64,000 bases of DNA, taken from NCBI GenBank assembly GCA_951406725.2, contig OX597821.1:18910001-18974000 (forward strand), given 5' to 3'. The position numbers and the translations under genes were made by a program. How positions within the stretch are numbered: the first letter of the stretch is position 1; each line of letters starts with the position of its first letter. This document shows, piece by piece, positions 12,545-26,137 of this stretch. The DNA is from Octopus vulgaris (taxonomy: Eukaryota). The notes under the pieces were generated by a model that did not search any database, was not told where the DNA came from, and worked only from the letters and a program-made list of their open reading frames with translations.

Positions 12545-14027
12545 AATAATAATAATAATAATACTATCAATCACAACAACAACAACAACACCATTATTAT
12601 AGTTGTTGTATATGCAGGTGAAATAAATATCGGAGATGTTTTGCCCCAAGGAGAAACTGCAGAGAGTACTTAAAGATATTGTAAGACGTTCTGGGAGTGA
12701 CTAAAGCTATGGCATTATTTGAAACGCTTCTGCATTTCTGTCTTTTTCCCCTCTCTTTTTTTCTCTTGCACGCATACATATAAGTATTCACTCGTGGATG
12801 CTTGCGTGTACATCTTTGTATGTGTTCGTCTTTGTATGAGTGCGTAGTATAGAAATGCTTGGTTGTAAGGGACAATAAAAATATGTAGTCACGTACGTCT
12901 TTCTGTGTGCGTATCAAGATATTTTCCAATCTTTAATTGAAGCATTCTTTCTCTCTCATACACAAACGCAAACACACACATACACACGCGCACACACATG
13001 CACCTGTGAATATATATATGTTTCTGCCTATAGATATAATGTGTCTATGCATACATATGTCTGTACATTTATGTTTGTATATCCATATCTTTAGGAGAGC
13101 ATGTGTATATTCGTCTGTGTGTGAAGTAGCTAGAAGCATAATGAGAGATATTTTATTTCGTTTCAAAGCATTTCCCTCTGGCTTAAAGCTCTCAGAGATA
13201 GAAATATGTAGCAAATAACAATAAATAAATAGATAAATAAAATAAATAAAAGAACCCTCAAAAACTCAATCAACTCCAATAACCCTAACATTTTATACAC
13301 AATTACCATAGTCAAACAAAGCAAAACCAAAAATGAAAATAAAAAGAGAAAGAAATATATATATAAAAAAAAAACACAATCGAAAGGAAGAACAACAGTC
13401 GAATGCCCTATATCAAGAGAAGATAACAAACACACAGTTCCTAAGTTGATACCTTCGGGGGGATTTCATCTAAATCTGTAATGTATTCCATTTGTACATA
13501 GCGATTTGTCTTTTATATCAATGTTGAATTTTATTGGTTGGAAAAACTGGAATATTCCAAGGTTTTCCAGCTCGCGCAGCGTAGAACAACATTGGAAATA
13601 AATCAATGAAGGAAGAAACCTTTCTGGAATAAATAGATTATTTCTATTGTTTGGGTCAATATTTGCGATTTCTAATATCCTAATATCTCCGGAGTTGACG
13701 TATAAAACTTGTTACATGTGTAAAGTTGATAGTAAACAGTGGGTACTTATGTGTTGTTTTGTTTCTTTTAATGGCATGCCGATACGATTTTATAGGGCTG
13801 ATAATATATATATATATATATATATTTAGAAACATTGAATATCTAAATAAATTATCTGTACATCGTGTCGGCAAAAAATAATGTACAGAATATTTGCAGA
13901 GAACAAATGTAGAATATGTATAGGGATAAGAATTATAAATTGTTCAAATGTTGGGCTTTATAACATGATTTATAGTTGGAAAAGTATAAGGTAGGATATT
14001 GCTATATATATATATATATATATATAT

Positions 14028-14292
14028 AGGATCGCGGTTTCGATTCTCAGACCGGGCGTTGTGAGTGTTTATTGAGCGAAAACACCTAAAGCTCCACGAT
14101 GCTCCGGCAGTGGGTGGTGGCGATCCCTGCTGTACTCTTTCGCCACAACTTCCTCTCACTCTTTCTTCTGTTGGCCTGTTCGCTTAGCCGGCGGGGTGGC
14201 GTCATTTGAAGGCTAAAACAATGCGAAGTGCATTGTGACCAGCGAGGTGTAGCAAGATCTGATAGCCTGGTCGGTCACGGTGATCACGGTGA

Positions 14293-14295
<3 letters not shown>
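14028..14295 (+). mobile_element. tRNA-Arg-derived SINE, 5'-truncated
   Basis: B box ggtttcgattc. The body is near-identical to 58254-58553. Confidence 0.85.
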
Positions 14296-14362
<67 letters not shown>

Positions 14363-14756
14363 CGTGTGTGTGTATGTGTGTGTGTGGGTGTGTGTATACC
14401 ATTCTGACTAAATAATGGATCTACAGATGCAATATCCCTGCATATCTCACATCTATTTCGTATCTTATTTAACTTTTGCTTAACCATTTTCTCACTCCCT
14501 CTCCGATGAATTTCCCGGAAATAGCTGTAAGACCTATTTGTAAATGTTCTTAAATCTTTCACAGCCTTGGATTTTTATCTCATCTGCAAAAAAAAATTAT
14601 TTTGTATATACACATGCTGATATATGACCTACGTTGGACTCCTTATTCGCATAATCACCGAACCTGGAGCTTAACTATGATCTGTCCATAGCACTTACTC
14701 AACATTACCTGACACCTTTGGGTGTTATTGACACCATTACCTCTCATAACCTCTAT

Positions 14757-14904
<148 letters not shown>

Positions 14905-15843
14905 ATATGAGGTGGGGAAATATATCTGAATAGAGTAACTGTATACACTTTACGTAGTAGAAAGTTGTTAGTTGTGAAGAGGAGAAAGGTAAAGTTTCCT
15001 AAGCTCTTTTTGTGGGAGAGAAAAAAGAGAGAAAGAGAGAGAAAGGAGAGCGGTCCAGTGTAACAAACCACTGACTCAGTTTTAACTCTGACTGATTCGC
15101 TGACTGACTGACTGACTGACTGACTCACTCACTCACTCACTTACTCACTATCTGTGTGTCTGTCTGCATGCATGCATATAAGTGTATATGTATGTATTAA
15201 AACAAAAGGCGAACAAAACTTTGTATATCTTTAATTCCATGTATCGTGTTTCATTACAAGATAGGAGCCATAAAATTCAATAATGTGTGCTTGTGTACCT
15301 GTGTGCACGCGTGTGTATATGTTCCTGCGTGTGTGTGCGTGTGTGCATGAGAGAGAGAGAGAAAAAAAAAGAGAGAGAGAGAGAGGGAGAGAGAGAGAGA
15401 GAGAGCCATAAGTCTCCAATCTTTTCTTCACACAGATTCAATAATAATATTTTCGAAACTTTATATAAAGAATGATGGGTTGGAATTTCTATAACTTTTT
15501 CTACATGTATACCTTTGTGACTTCTATTCTATAACGAAACACATGTAGCATGGAATTAAAGCTGTACCAAATTTTCCAGTCTACTGCTTTGATAAGTAAT
15601 AATTCTAGAAATTTCAATTGTTATGTATACCTCATCCGCAATAAAATATCTATATGCATACATTTGGCATGTGAACATGCAGATGTGCTTCACAAGTCTG
15701 TATGTACTACGTGTATGTATGTATGTATGTATGTATGTATGTATGTATGTATGTATGTATGTATGTATGTATGTATGTATGTATGTATGCATACATATAT
15801 GTATGTATCGCTTTCATTCTCTTCATCTCTTCTGTCCCCCTTT

Positions 15844-15897
<54 letters not shown>

Positions 15898-16857
15898 TAA
15901 ATAAATACACAGCTGATATGCACACAATCCGTCATTTCTTTACCTAATAAGGTAAACCCTACCATATTAAATAAAGAAACAATGCATTGTGTGTATGTGT
16001 GCTGTATATATACACAAGATAGAGTATTAATTGTTTGTTATTTCTAGAAACCCAAAGGCTATTATTTAGAGGCTGATTCGTTGTCTCTAGTAAAGCAACA
16101 ATGCATCCGGCCAATACACTTCTTCTACTGAGGCTGTATTCTCCATGCAACGATGAATATAAAAGCACGAAGACATTTAGATGTTGTTTTTTTCATAGAA
16201 GGGCCAGGAAGAAAGTGAATAGCGTGATATTGGAAATGGTCGTTTTCCTTCGCCTGCACGATCCTTCTGAAATTATTGATATATGCATTTCATAAGAATC
16301 TTCATATAATATTTTAGAATATATTTAAACAGCAAATGACATAAGTGGCAACAGCTTTAGATTGTGAGCTGAAAGAGCGAAAACGTAGTACTCAGTGACT
16401 CGTTTACTTAAAATTTATTAAGGAATATTCTACCTCATGCACTGAGGTCTGTCATTTATCGCCTCTATATCAAAGGAAATTAACAAGCATGTACGCACAC
16501 ACAAGCTGGCACTTATATAATACATACATACATACATACATACATACATACATACATACATACATACATACATACATACATACATACATACATACACATA
16601 TTGGAAAACGGAGCTCGATACTGTCATAATATTTAGAGAAAGATTTTCTGAAATAAAAATTATCAATTAAATAAAAAAAAAATTAAAAGCAGAATGATTC
16701 GGACAATTTAGAAGGAAACTTTTGCATTATATGTAAACACATTCGCTGTTCAGGTTTTCAGACACACGTATATTTGAGAAATCACAACTGCCAAAGTGCT
16801 TACACACAATACAAAGACTTCTCAGAAGGTTTATGCCATTTTGTTTTTCAAGATTCC

Positions 16858-17080
16858 TCTATATAATATAATATAATAATATGATATGATATGATATGAT
16901 ATGAATGATATAATATAATATAATATAATATATGATATAATATAATATAATATAACATAATATATAATATAATATAATATGATATGTAATATAATATAAT
17001 ATAATATAATATAATATAATATGTACTATAATATAATATAATATAATATAATATAATATAATATAATATAATATAATATA
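16858..17080. repeat. (ATATA)n/(ATATG)n pentanucleotide microsatellite
   Basis: Directly visible. Confidence 0.9.
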
Positions 17081-17096
17081 CACGCACACATAAACA

Positions 17097-17133
<37 letters not shown>

Positions 17134-17142
<9 letters not shown>

Positions 17143-17651
17143 TATATTAAATTAGAGATAAAACCACTATTAGGCAAATCATACAATGAAAAGCTTAAGC
17201 CAATACATAAGATTAATTAATTTATATTATTTTAAATATATATCAAAATTATTAAAAAAAGATAATTAGTATAACACTACGATCGTTTCATGGCTGTCCA
17301 ATTCGTAAAAATTCGAGTTACAGTCATTCTTCAGGTGATTGAAATATTTAAACCTCGCCAAGTTAAATATTTCAATCACCTGAAAAATGACTGTAACTCG
17401 AATTGTTACGAATTGGACAGCCATGAAACGATCGTAGTGTTATACTAATTATCTTTTTTTAATAATTTTGATTTATATTTAAAATAATATAAATTAATTA
17501 ATCTTATGTATTGGCTTAAGTTTTTCATTGTATGATTTGCCTAATAGTGGTTTTATCTCTAATTTAATATAATATAATATTTTACTATAAAATTGGATTC
17601 AATCCTAAATCTGATTTTTCCCTGTAAGTTTGGATTTATTCCCTAATATTT

Positions 17652-17657
<6 letters not shown>
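17134..17657. mobile_element. Fold-back PLE-type tail: about 218-bp inverted arms, 11-nt spacer, a hammerhead in each arm, flanked by (TA)n
   Basis: 17134-17351 is the reverse complement of 17363-17580 with about 4 mismatches. The motif is cac CTGAAGA atgactgt...acagccat GAAAC gatc GTA gtg; the right arm has CTGAAAA. Confidence 0.8.
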
Positions 17658-17706
<49 letters not shown>

Positions 17707-18426
17707 CATAAATACACTTATAGACATAATTAAAAGCCTTTCAGTTATAATGTGTTATAGAATACTTCACATTTGTATTGTGTCTAGTAATTTATCGTTT
17801 GTGGTGAATAAGAAGAAATCTATATTTTAGATACACACGGAAATACACATATACATATATTTGTTCGCAGGTATTTGATATGTGCCATTAATTTAAGCTG
17901 AACTGCAAAGAAATTATATGTTAAACAATTTACAGTTCACATGTGTTTTTGTATATTGTTTCCATGATATTTAGCGCGAATGATGGATAGATCCACGATA
18001 TCAATCGCGTCGATCATTACTATAGATATGTTTATTAAACATTCTAATAATTCATGAAAGTACCACAACAAAGTTAGAAGCATTACATATGTCCTGATTA
18101 TTCGATAAAAGGTCAATACGCTTGTGAAATAATACCGAATTGCTCAACAAGATTGTATTTACCCAGAATACTTCAGAGCAGCTTTCAAACCTTTAATAGT
18201 CACGTGAACATTAAGCCACGTCTATAGTGGCATCTTTTAATGTGATTTGGTCCATGATATATTTGCTACTGTTCCATCTGAGTCTTACAAAGAAGACATA
18301 TATTACGTTTGTCTTGTGTTTTAAACAATTAGTGTCATTTTATTAAAGCCGTTGTCACCGTCTATTCTAATATATTTCCGATATTAGATTATCGTCACAC
18401 TTCACGTGACAAGAGATTATATGTAT

Positions 18427-18465
<39 letters not shown>

Positions 18466-18711
18466 CGATCTATACACACACAAACACACACACACACACA
18501 CACACATTCATCTATTTACCTTGTAATGGTCCCTCTTCACTCTCTTTCTCTTTCACTGTCTCTATACATACACACATACATACACACGTATATACATACA
18601 TGTCGTGGGGCAGCTGATGATGGAGGCATGTTGGATTGTTGGTATGGTTGTTTTTGTATGTGAAGAATAGCATTATAATACATCCTTTTGATATATATAT
18701 TTTCACAGAAT

Positions 18712-18798
<87 letters not shown>

Positions 18799-18872
18799 GC
18801 ATGCATATATAATATGTAGATGTATATATATACATACATATATATATATACATATGTATATATATACATATG

Positions 18873-18927
<55 letters not shown>

Positions 18928-19639
18928 GCACACACATTCATATACGGAATTGTATACGTATGCATATGTGTCTAGTGTGCGGAATTTTCATTGCTTCTGT
19001 TAGTTAGCATCTTGTTTGAAATATCGGGGTATATGTATGTATGTATGTATGTATATATGTACACTTATATATATGTATAGACACACACATGCGCGCGCAC
19101 ACACACACAATCATAAACTTGTTTGTGATATTGCCTGCTCTAAGCGCATATATTGTCGTGTATATGTGTATGTATATCTCTAGGGTAAATAAACAATTTT
19201 ATTAATTCCTGAGTTTATATATAATAAACGCATGGGTCATGAATGTGAATTACCACGAGAAAGTGCGCAAATATGATTGCAATGGTGAAACGAACATAAA
19301 AGGAAGGAAAATAATATTCCATAATTAATCAGTATCAATTATCTCCACTCAATAATTCACTCTTTCTACAATGATAATATATGTTAAATATTAAGTCCAA
19401 TAATAATTTCTGTAGGAAACATAATATGCAATTATTTATCTAACACCCAAATTAACGTTATATCATCATTAAATACATAAGTACTGACCTTGCGGAAGGA
19501 TAGTAGTCCGGATCTGCAATTTCTTGCTGAACAGCCTGCACAAATGGTTTGTCTTTTAGTGATCTAAGGTATGTGCTGTAAATAAGCTCTCTCCCTCCAC
19601 CAAATTAACTTCGCTTGAACAAATGCATGTTTGTACCAC

Positions 19640-20320
19640 ACATCAGTTATCGAAGTGATGGTAGTGTAACGTGTGATGAAGTGGACACAAAGGGCACAAA
19701 GCACCACCAGGTCGAGAAATAGAACGTACGATCTCGCAATCGTGAGAACAACACCCTAACGACTAGGCCATGCGCTCTCACAAAATCCAACGGAATAACT
19801 TTCAGTTAAATTACATATATACACACGGTTTATTTGAAGTTGACGTAGTAATATAAAGTAACGAGCGTCAATCTAATTTTTACTAATAATTCTTTGAAGT
19901 CAGGGATGAGGGTTAGTCAATACATTTGACCCAGTAATTGGGGTTCAGCGGTATCAGGCCCAGAGAAGGAAGAAATAAGTTTCTTTTACTGAACCCAAGC
20001 AAAGTTTACCTCAGTAGGATTAAAATCTAGAACCTAATAAACCGGTAGACAATTGCTTCACTGACGCACTAACCATTCTTCTAATCCATAGTTCAGTGAA
20101 TTTTGAATAATAAAGATTTTTGATTCGGGTAAATGGACATTAATTTACAAGGAAGGTTTAGTCAATAACATCAACTTTGACCCTGAGACTTGAATGGTAC
20201 TGTGATTTATTGCCCCCCTCAAGGGATGAAAAGCAAAGTTGACCTAGTAGAGTTTAAACTTGGAACTAAGATAGCTGACACAAATACCGCAAAGCACTTT
20301 GTCAAGCACTATAAAGAATC
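19640..20320 (-). mobile_element. Old diverged SINE fragments (a tRNA head near 19640-19780; Nin/Deu-domain pieces at 19900-20320)
   Basis: Degenerate matches to gggatgaaaggcaaagtcgacc and to tRNA-head motifs seen elsewhere in the window. Confidence 0.5.
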
Positions 20321-20924
20321 TGCTAAAATGAACATGAAAAACTAACATTTTCAGAGTCATAACTTTCGCTACATAAAAGAAGTTCAAGACACGAAACGTA
20401 TATCAACACACATAAACCGCAATTGCTCATTAAAAATAATGCTGTCATTTATTTAATTAATATCATAAATTGTTAGATATAGAATTAACCCTGCATATCT
20501 TTATGTAATCAAATATTTCCTGCAAGCGTCATTAAAATTAATCAAGTATTTCACAGACTAGTCATTAAAATTGAGCAAACAGATAACTAAATAATATATT
20601 ATCGTACATCAGCATTCCATTATCAAAATATATATGTAATTTTCCCCTCGAATCTTTCTATAAAACAAACTCAACTAATTAATATTATGCAACCTTAAAA
20701 ATTAATACATAACAGCGAAGAGAGATAAAGTTCCTTCACAATTATTTCAAAGGCATACAAACACTCTAATAAACATTTAATTACAAATAACAACGGTAGC
20801 AAATCGGTTGAATCTACATAGCTTTGACAGAATGTGAATCGCAGTTTTGTTACGATATTTTTTGACTGTGAGATATTTTGATGAGATATTGCTGCAGGAT
20901 TCTGTGGTAATATCTCATATATAA

Positions 20925-21192
20925 TATTTAGTAGAATGCTCTTTGCATTTTTCAATGCAAGGACCCTATAAGGCATGTTACTTATCAGATGATGAATATT
21001 CTCTTTGGGAATTTCTTACCAAGTTTCATGCAGTAATCTCAAAAGATGTGTCTTTGAAGATGCTTTCTTCTTCCTTCTACGAAGTGTCCTGTCTACTATT
21101 CCCCAGAGGTATTCAATAGGGTTCATATCTGCTGACTGGCTTGGCCATGGAAATTTTTTAATGCCATTCTTTTGCGACCAAAAGTTTGAACT
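20925..21192 (-). pseudogene. Tc1-family DD34E transposase C-terminal fragment
   Basis: Minus frame reads FPWPSQSADMNPIEYLWGIV...ETW*EIP..IHHLISNMPYRVLALKNAK, matching the WPSQSPDLNPIENLW and SMPRR motifs. Confidence 0.85.
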
Positions 21193-21778
21193 TTTTTACT
21201 GTTCTTTCTAGTATATTAGGCAACCTATTTAAGGGCTCGCGTCTTTGTGTTTAAAATGTAAGCTAATTTTTATGTGAAACATCTGTCTATTAACTTTGTA
21301 TACATACTAGGCCACTGGTAGAAAAAAATTTCTATAATTTTTTTTCCTATCCTATATTAATTTAAAAAAATGATTTTAGCAATTTCTGAAGTATAATCGG
21401 AATTTTTATTTGCTGCCGATTGAATCTGCGCTTGCGCGGTGGGTATGAAAAATTATAATATATAAGGATGAGAAATTTGCTCTCAAATTTATATGTTAAT
21501 GTTTTGGCGTATCCACTGATGAAAACTTCGCCTTGCAAATTATTTTAATGGCTAATTAAAGTTCGAAACTTGAGGTCCGGCTGTAAAACATGGTAAGTGT
21601 TTTTAGTTTTCATTCCCTTCCAAATTGCTCTTAACTGCGGTTTGGATTTTTGACTGTTCTTTCTAGTATGTTAGGCAACCTATTTAAGGGCTCGCCTCTT
21701 TGCGTTTAAATGTACACTAATTTTTTTATGAATAATATATCTATTGATTTTGTATACACACAAGGCCACTGGTAGAAA

Positions 21779-21784
<6 letters not shown>
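21193..21784 (+). mobile_element. PLE pLTR-like module with about 140-bp direct terminal repeats and a canonical-core hammerhead
   Basis: 21193-21330 resembles 21647-21784. 21513-21580 reads cca CTGATGA aaactt...aagttc GAAAC ttgag GTC cgg. The module ends in (TA)n. Confidence 0.65.
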
Positions 21785-21867
<83 letters not shown>

Positions 21868-21874
21868 TATAGTT

Positions 21875-22020
21875 CAAATGTTTAGAAAGAAAAAGACAGG
21901 TGTAGGAACGACCAGGTGTGTTAGTTTAATACTCTGGAAAAATGGGAAAGACTTTTACGTTTTCGAGCCTACGCTCCTTGCCAAAAAGGATTAAGAGGAA
22001 AAAATGGAGGGAGGATAAAA
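21875..22020 (-). mobile_element. PLE 3' tail fragment between (TA)n tracts, degenerate hammerhead
   Basis: acgttttcgagcctacgctc is shared with 4300 and 37566. Confidence 0.65.
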
Positions 22021-22034
22021 TATATGTATATATG

Positions 22035-22089
<55 letters not shown>

Positions 22090-22092
<3 letters not shown>

Positions 22093-22385
22093 GACCCCCT
22101 TCGGTCATGAATGACCATGGGATTGCACCTAGAAAGGTACCCTCCTAGACACAAGTCTGGGCAAGGTTGTTTATGGAAGACCAACAGTCGCCCATGCATA
22201 CTGGGCTCCCATCTCCACGCCTCCAGTGTTATCCAAGGGAAAGACAAAGGTCGATACAGCTTGGCACCAGTGACGTCGCATCTCATTTCTACAGATGAGT
22301 GAACTGGAGCAACGTGAAATAAAGTGCCTTGCTCAAGAACACAACACACAGCCCGGTCCGGGATTCGAGCTCACAACCTCACGAT
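22090..22385 (-). mobile_element. SINE with tRNA-like head remnant and RTE/Ceph-domain-like body
   Basis: B-box-like ctcgaatcccgg and a CORE-like cttgagcaaggcacttt, followed by an RTE-like segment (gcaccagtgacgtcgca on the plus strand). The family assignment is from recall. Confidence 0.6.
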
Positions 22386-22387
22386 AA

Positions 22388-22444
22388 GCAACAAGTATAT
22401 CCGAGGTAGAGCAGGTACTGCTCTACCTCGGATATACTTGTTGC
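22388..22444. repeat. Perfect 27-bp hairpin with 3-nt loop
   Basis: gcaacaagtatatccgaggtagagcag-gta-ctgctctacctcggatatacttgttgc. Confidence 0.95.
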
Positions 22445-22511
22445 CTATTTTGATTATAATCACCCCATTTGATTAATATGGATAATACAATACAAAATTC
22501 TGGTGCCTTGC

Positions 22512-22556
<45 letters not shown>

Positions 22557-22596
22557 CATGTGCATGTATAAGATATGCATATTATAAATATTTACA

Positions 22597-22639
<43 letters not shown>

Positions 22640-22641
<2 letters not shown>

Positions 22642-22826
22642 TTTTATTCTTTTATTTGTTTCAGTCATTTGACGGTTTCTTTCAGTTTCCGTCCACCAAA
22701 TCCATTCAGAAGGTTTGGTTACCTCGTGGCTATAGTAGAAGACACTTGCCCAAGTTGCCACGCAGTGGGACTGAAACCGGAATCGTGTTGTTGTTAAGCA
22801 AGCTACTTACCACACAGCAACTCCTG
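22640..22826 (-). mobile_element. tRNA/CORE-type SINE, internally deleted
   Basis: The head and tail of the 23650-24070 family are joined directly. Confidence 0.8.
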
Positions 22827-22869
22827 CGCTTATATATATAAACATATATAACGTGTGTGCGTATGTATG

Positions 22870-22903
<34 letters not shown>

Positions 22904-23253
22904 TGTATGTATGTATGTATGTATGTATGTTACTGCATGTTATATTCGGAGAAAGTCAGTGTCTACAACGTAGTTAGTAAAACTGAATCGAAGGAGAATA
23001 TATGGGGCAGGGGAACAATAAATAATAGTTAGTACATTTTTGCCGGACCTCTAAATGCATTAAAATCGCTATAACAAATTCAGAACACTATTTCAGAAAA
23101 TTATATTCGTTCCCTTTAAGCTTAAAAATACAAACAAACTTAGATGAAAAAACAAACTTAGATGGGGAAAAGAAATAAGGTAAATTTACCTATTCAAATT
23201 TCCAGAATTACATGTAAAAAAATGACTCATACAATCAATATCCATTCTTAAGT

Positions 23254-23640
23254 GGAGGCGCAATGGCCAAGTGGTTAGGGCAGCGGACTCGCGGTCATAG
23301 GATCGCGGTTTCAATTCCCAGATCGGGCGTTGTGAGTGTTTATTGAGCGAAAACACCTAAAGCTCCACGAGGCTCCGGCAGGGGATGGTGGTGATCCCTG
23401 CTGTACTCTTTCACCACAACTTTCTCCCACTCTTACTTCCTGTTTCTGTTGTACCTGTATTTGAAAGGGCCGACCTTGTCACTCTCTGTGTCAGGCTGAA
23501 TATCCCCGAGAACTACGTTAAAGGTACACGTGTCTGTGGAGTGCTCAGCCACTTACACGTTAATTTCACGAGCAGGCTGTTCCGTTGATTCGGATCAACC
23601 GCAACCCTCGTCGTCGTAACCGACGGAGTGCTTCCATATA
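23254..23640 (+). mobile_element. tRNA-Arg(TCG)-derived SINE, full head
   Basis: A box tggccaagtgg, anticodon-like gactcgcggtc and B box ggtttcaattcc, followed by non-tRNA body shared with 14028 and 58254. Confidence 0.85.
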
Positions 23641-23649
23641 AACATGTAT

Positions 23650-24070
23650 ATTCTTTTATTTTCTCACTTGTTTCAGTCATTTGACTGTGGCCATGCTGGA
23701 GCACCGACATTAGTCGAGAAAATAGATCCCATGACTTATTCTCCGTAAACCTAGTACTTATTCTATCGGTTCTTTTGCTGAACCACTAAGTTACGGGGAT
23801 ATAAACACAGCAGCATCGGTTGTCAAGCGATTTCGTGGGGGGACAAACACAAACACACGCACACACACACACACACATACACACACACAAACACACGCAC
23901 ACACACACATGTACGACATGCTACTTTCAGTTTCCGTCTACCAAATCCACTCACAAGGCTTTGGTCGGCCCGAGGCTGTAGTAGAAGACCAACCCAGGGT
24001 GCCACGCAGTGGGACTGAACCTGGAACCATGGAGTTGGTAAGCAAGCTACTTAACACACAGCCACTCCTA
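23650..24070 (-). mobile_element. tRNA/CORE-type SINE, full length
   Basis: Head aggagtggctgtgt...ggttcagtcccactgcgtggcacc, internal (GT)n and tail atgactgaaacaag. Multiple copies occur in the window. Confidence 0.9.
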
Positions 24071-24084
24071 CGGCTATATATATA

Positions 24085-24469
24085 TATTTTATCCTTTACC
24101 TATCTCAGTCATTACACTGAGGCCATGCTGGGGCACCGGCTTGAATTTTTGAGTCGAATGAATCAACCCCAGTACTTATTTTTTAAACCTGTTACTTATT
24201 CTATCTGTCTATTGTGACGAACTGCTAGGTTACGGAGACGTAAACACACCAACACTGGTTGTCAAGTGTTGATGGAGAGACAAGCACAGACAAACACACA
24301 TATATATATATACTACGGACCTCTTTTAGTTACCGTCAACAAAATCCACTCACAAGGCTTTGTTAGGGCCGAGGCTATAGTAGAAGACACTTGCCCATGG
24401 TGCCACGCAGTGGAACCGAACTTAGAACCATGTAGTTAGGAATCAAGCTTCTTAACTCACAGCCACTCC

Positions 24470-24470
<1 letters not shown>
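24085..24470 (-). mobile_element. tRNA/CORE-type SINE, second tandem copy
   Basis: Same family as 23650-24070, more diverged. Confidence 0.85.
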
Positions 24471-24543
<73 letters not shown>

Positions 24544-24694
24544 TATACATATATATACATATATATATGTGTGTGTGTTGCTGCATGTAGAACCACCGTG
24601 AACGTCGGTAAAGCTCCATACACCCTGGGTGAATTTAAATAAACCATAAACCACATTCAGTCACTTTCTTCCGATCACAAAAACGAACAGGTAC

Positions 24695-24755
<61 letters not shown>

Positions 24756-25165
24756 CAGGCACATGAAAATATACTGTGATGATGATGTATACAGTTTTAC
24801 CTCTAAGCACTAATGTCAACAGTAAATTCCTACTTTGACATATTTCATGACTTTTCCACTGACACTTTCATTATTCCACTGAGACCAAGTTCTTCTTTCT
24901 AATTTTATCGCACACGTTATATTTTTTCATCAATTATCTTTTTCCCTTAAGTATGATGAAAATACGTGCGCACGCACACACATACGCACACACACATATG
25001 CACTAGCCCCATACACACACTCATATATATCTCTTTGTTTATATACATGCATATAATCTTGTGTGTATATGTATCTATTTATATATACATACATCACACA
25101 CATACACAATATATATATGTAACCATTTGTATAAATGTATATACACATATATATATGTATGCATT

Positions 25166-25226
<61 letters not shown>

Positions 25227-25469
25227 GTGTGTGTTTGTGTGTGCGTGCGTGTGTGTGTGTGTGTACGTGGATGTATTATATGCAATTAACAGTTACATGT
25301 ACATTCATGAGTAGATGCATAAATACTACACTCCACTCACACATATATACATGTGGATATGCATGCAAACACGTGTGTATGTGCATGCGCTTGTTTGCGA
25401 GCGCCTATTCTACTCTACTTTGTAAACTTAGAGTGCAATTTCAGTGTTGTCTATATAGTTTGGTAACTA

Positions 25470-25870
25470 AGGCGGTGGCTTGGCAGAATCGTTAGCACGC
25501 CGGTCGAAATGCTTAGTGGTGGTATTTCGTCTGGCGCTACGTTTTGAGTTCAAATTCCGCCGAGGTAGACTTTGCCTTTCATCCTTTCAGGATCGATAAA
25601 ATAAGTACCAGTTACGCACTGCGGTCGATGTAATCGACTTCTTCCGTTTGTCTGTCCTTGTTTGTCCTCTTTGTGTTTAGCCTCTTATGGGTAGTAAAGA
25701 ACTAGGTATTTCGTCTGTCTTCACGTTCTGAATTCAAATTTCACCGAGGTCGACTTGTCTTTCATCTTTTCAGAGTCAATAAATTAAGTACCATTTGCGT
25801 GCTGAGGTCGATCTAATCGACTGGCCCCGCCCTAAACTTTCGAACCTTGTGCATAGAGTAGAAAAGAATA
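25470..25870 (+). mobile_element. Nin/Deu-domain SINE, dimeric
   Basis: ggcggtggcttggcagaatcgttagc head. The core gactttgcctttcatcctttc..gataaa.taagtacca is present twice. Confidence 0.85.
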
Positions 25871-25996
25871 TATTTTGGTAACTAAAAGATCTATATGTGC
25901 ACATTCATACAAACATAAATACATACATACTTATAGATAAATAACTATATACCTATCTACATGTATAGACACACACATGCACATATATATACATAC

Positions 25997-26039
<43 letters not shown>

Positions 26040-26084
26040 CATACATGTATATATATGTATATATATATACATATATATGTATAC

Positions 26085-26125
<41 letters not shown>

Positions 26126-26137
26126 TATATATATATA

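Noticed and set aside
23254-23330. tRNA-Arg gene
   Set aside because: It has A/B boxes but no proper acceptor stem or terminator, and it continues into a body repeated at 14028 and 58254, so it is a SINE head.
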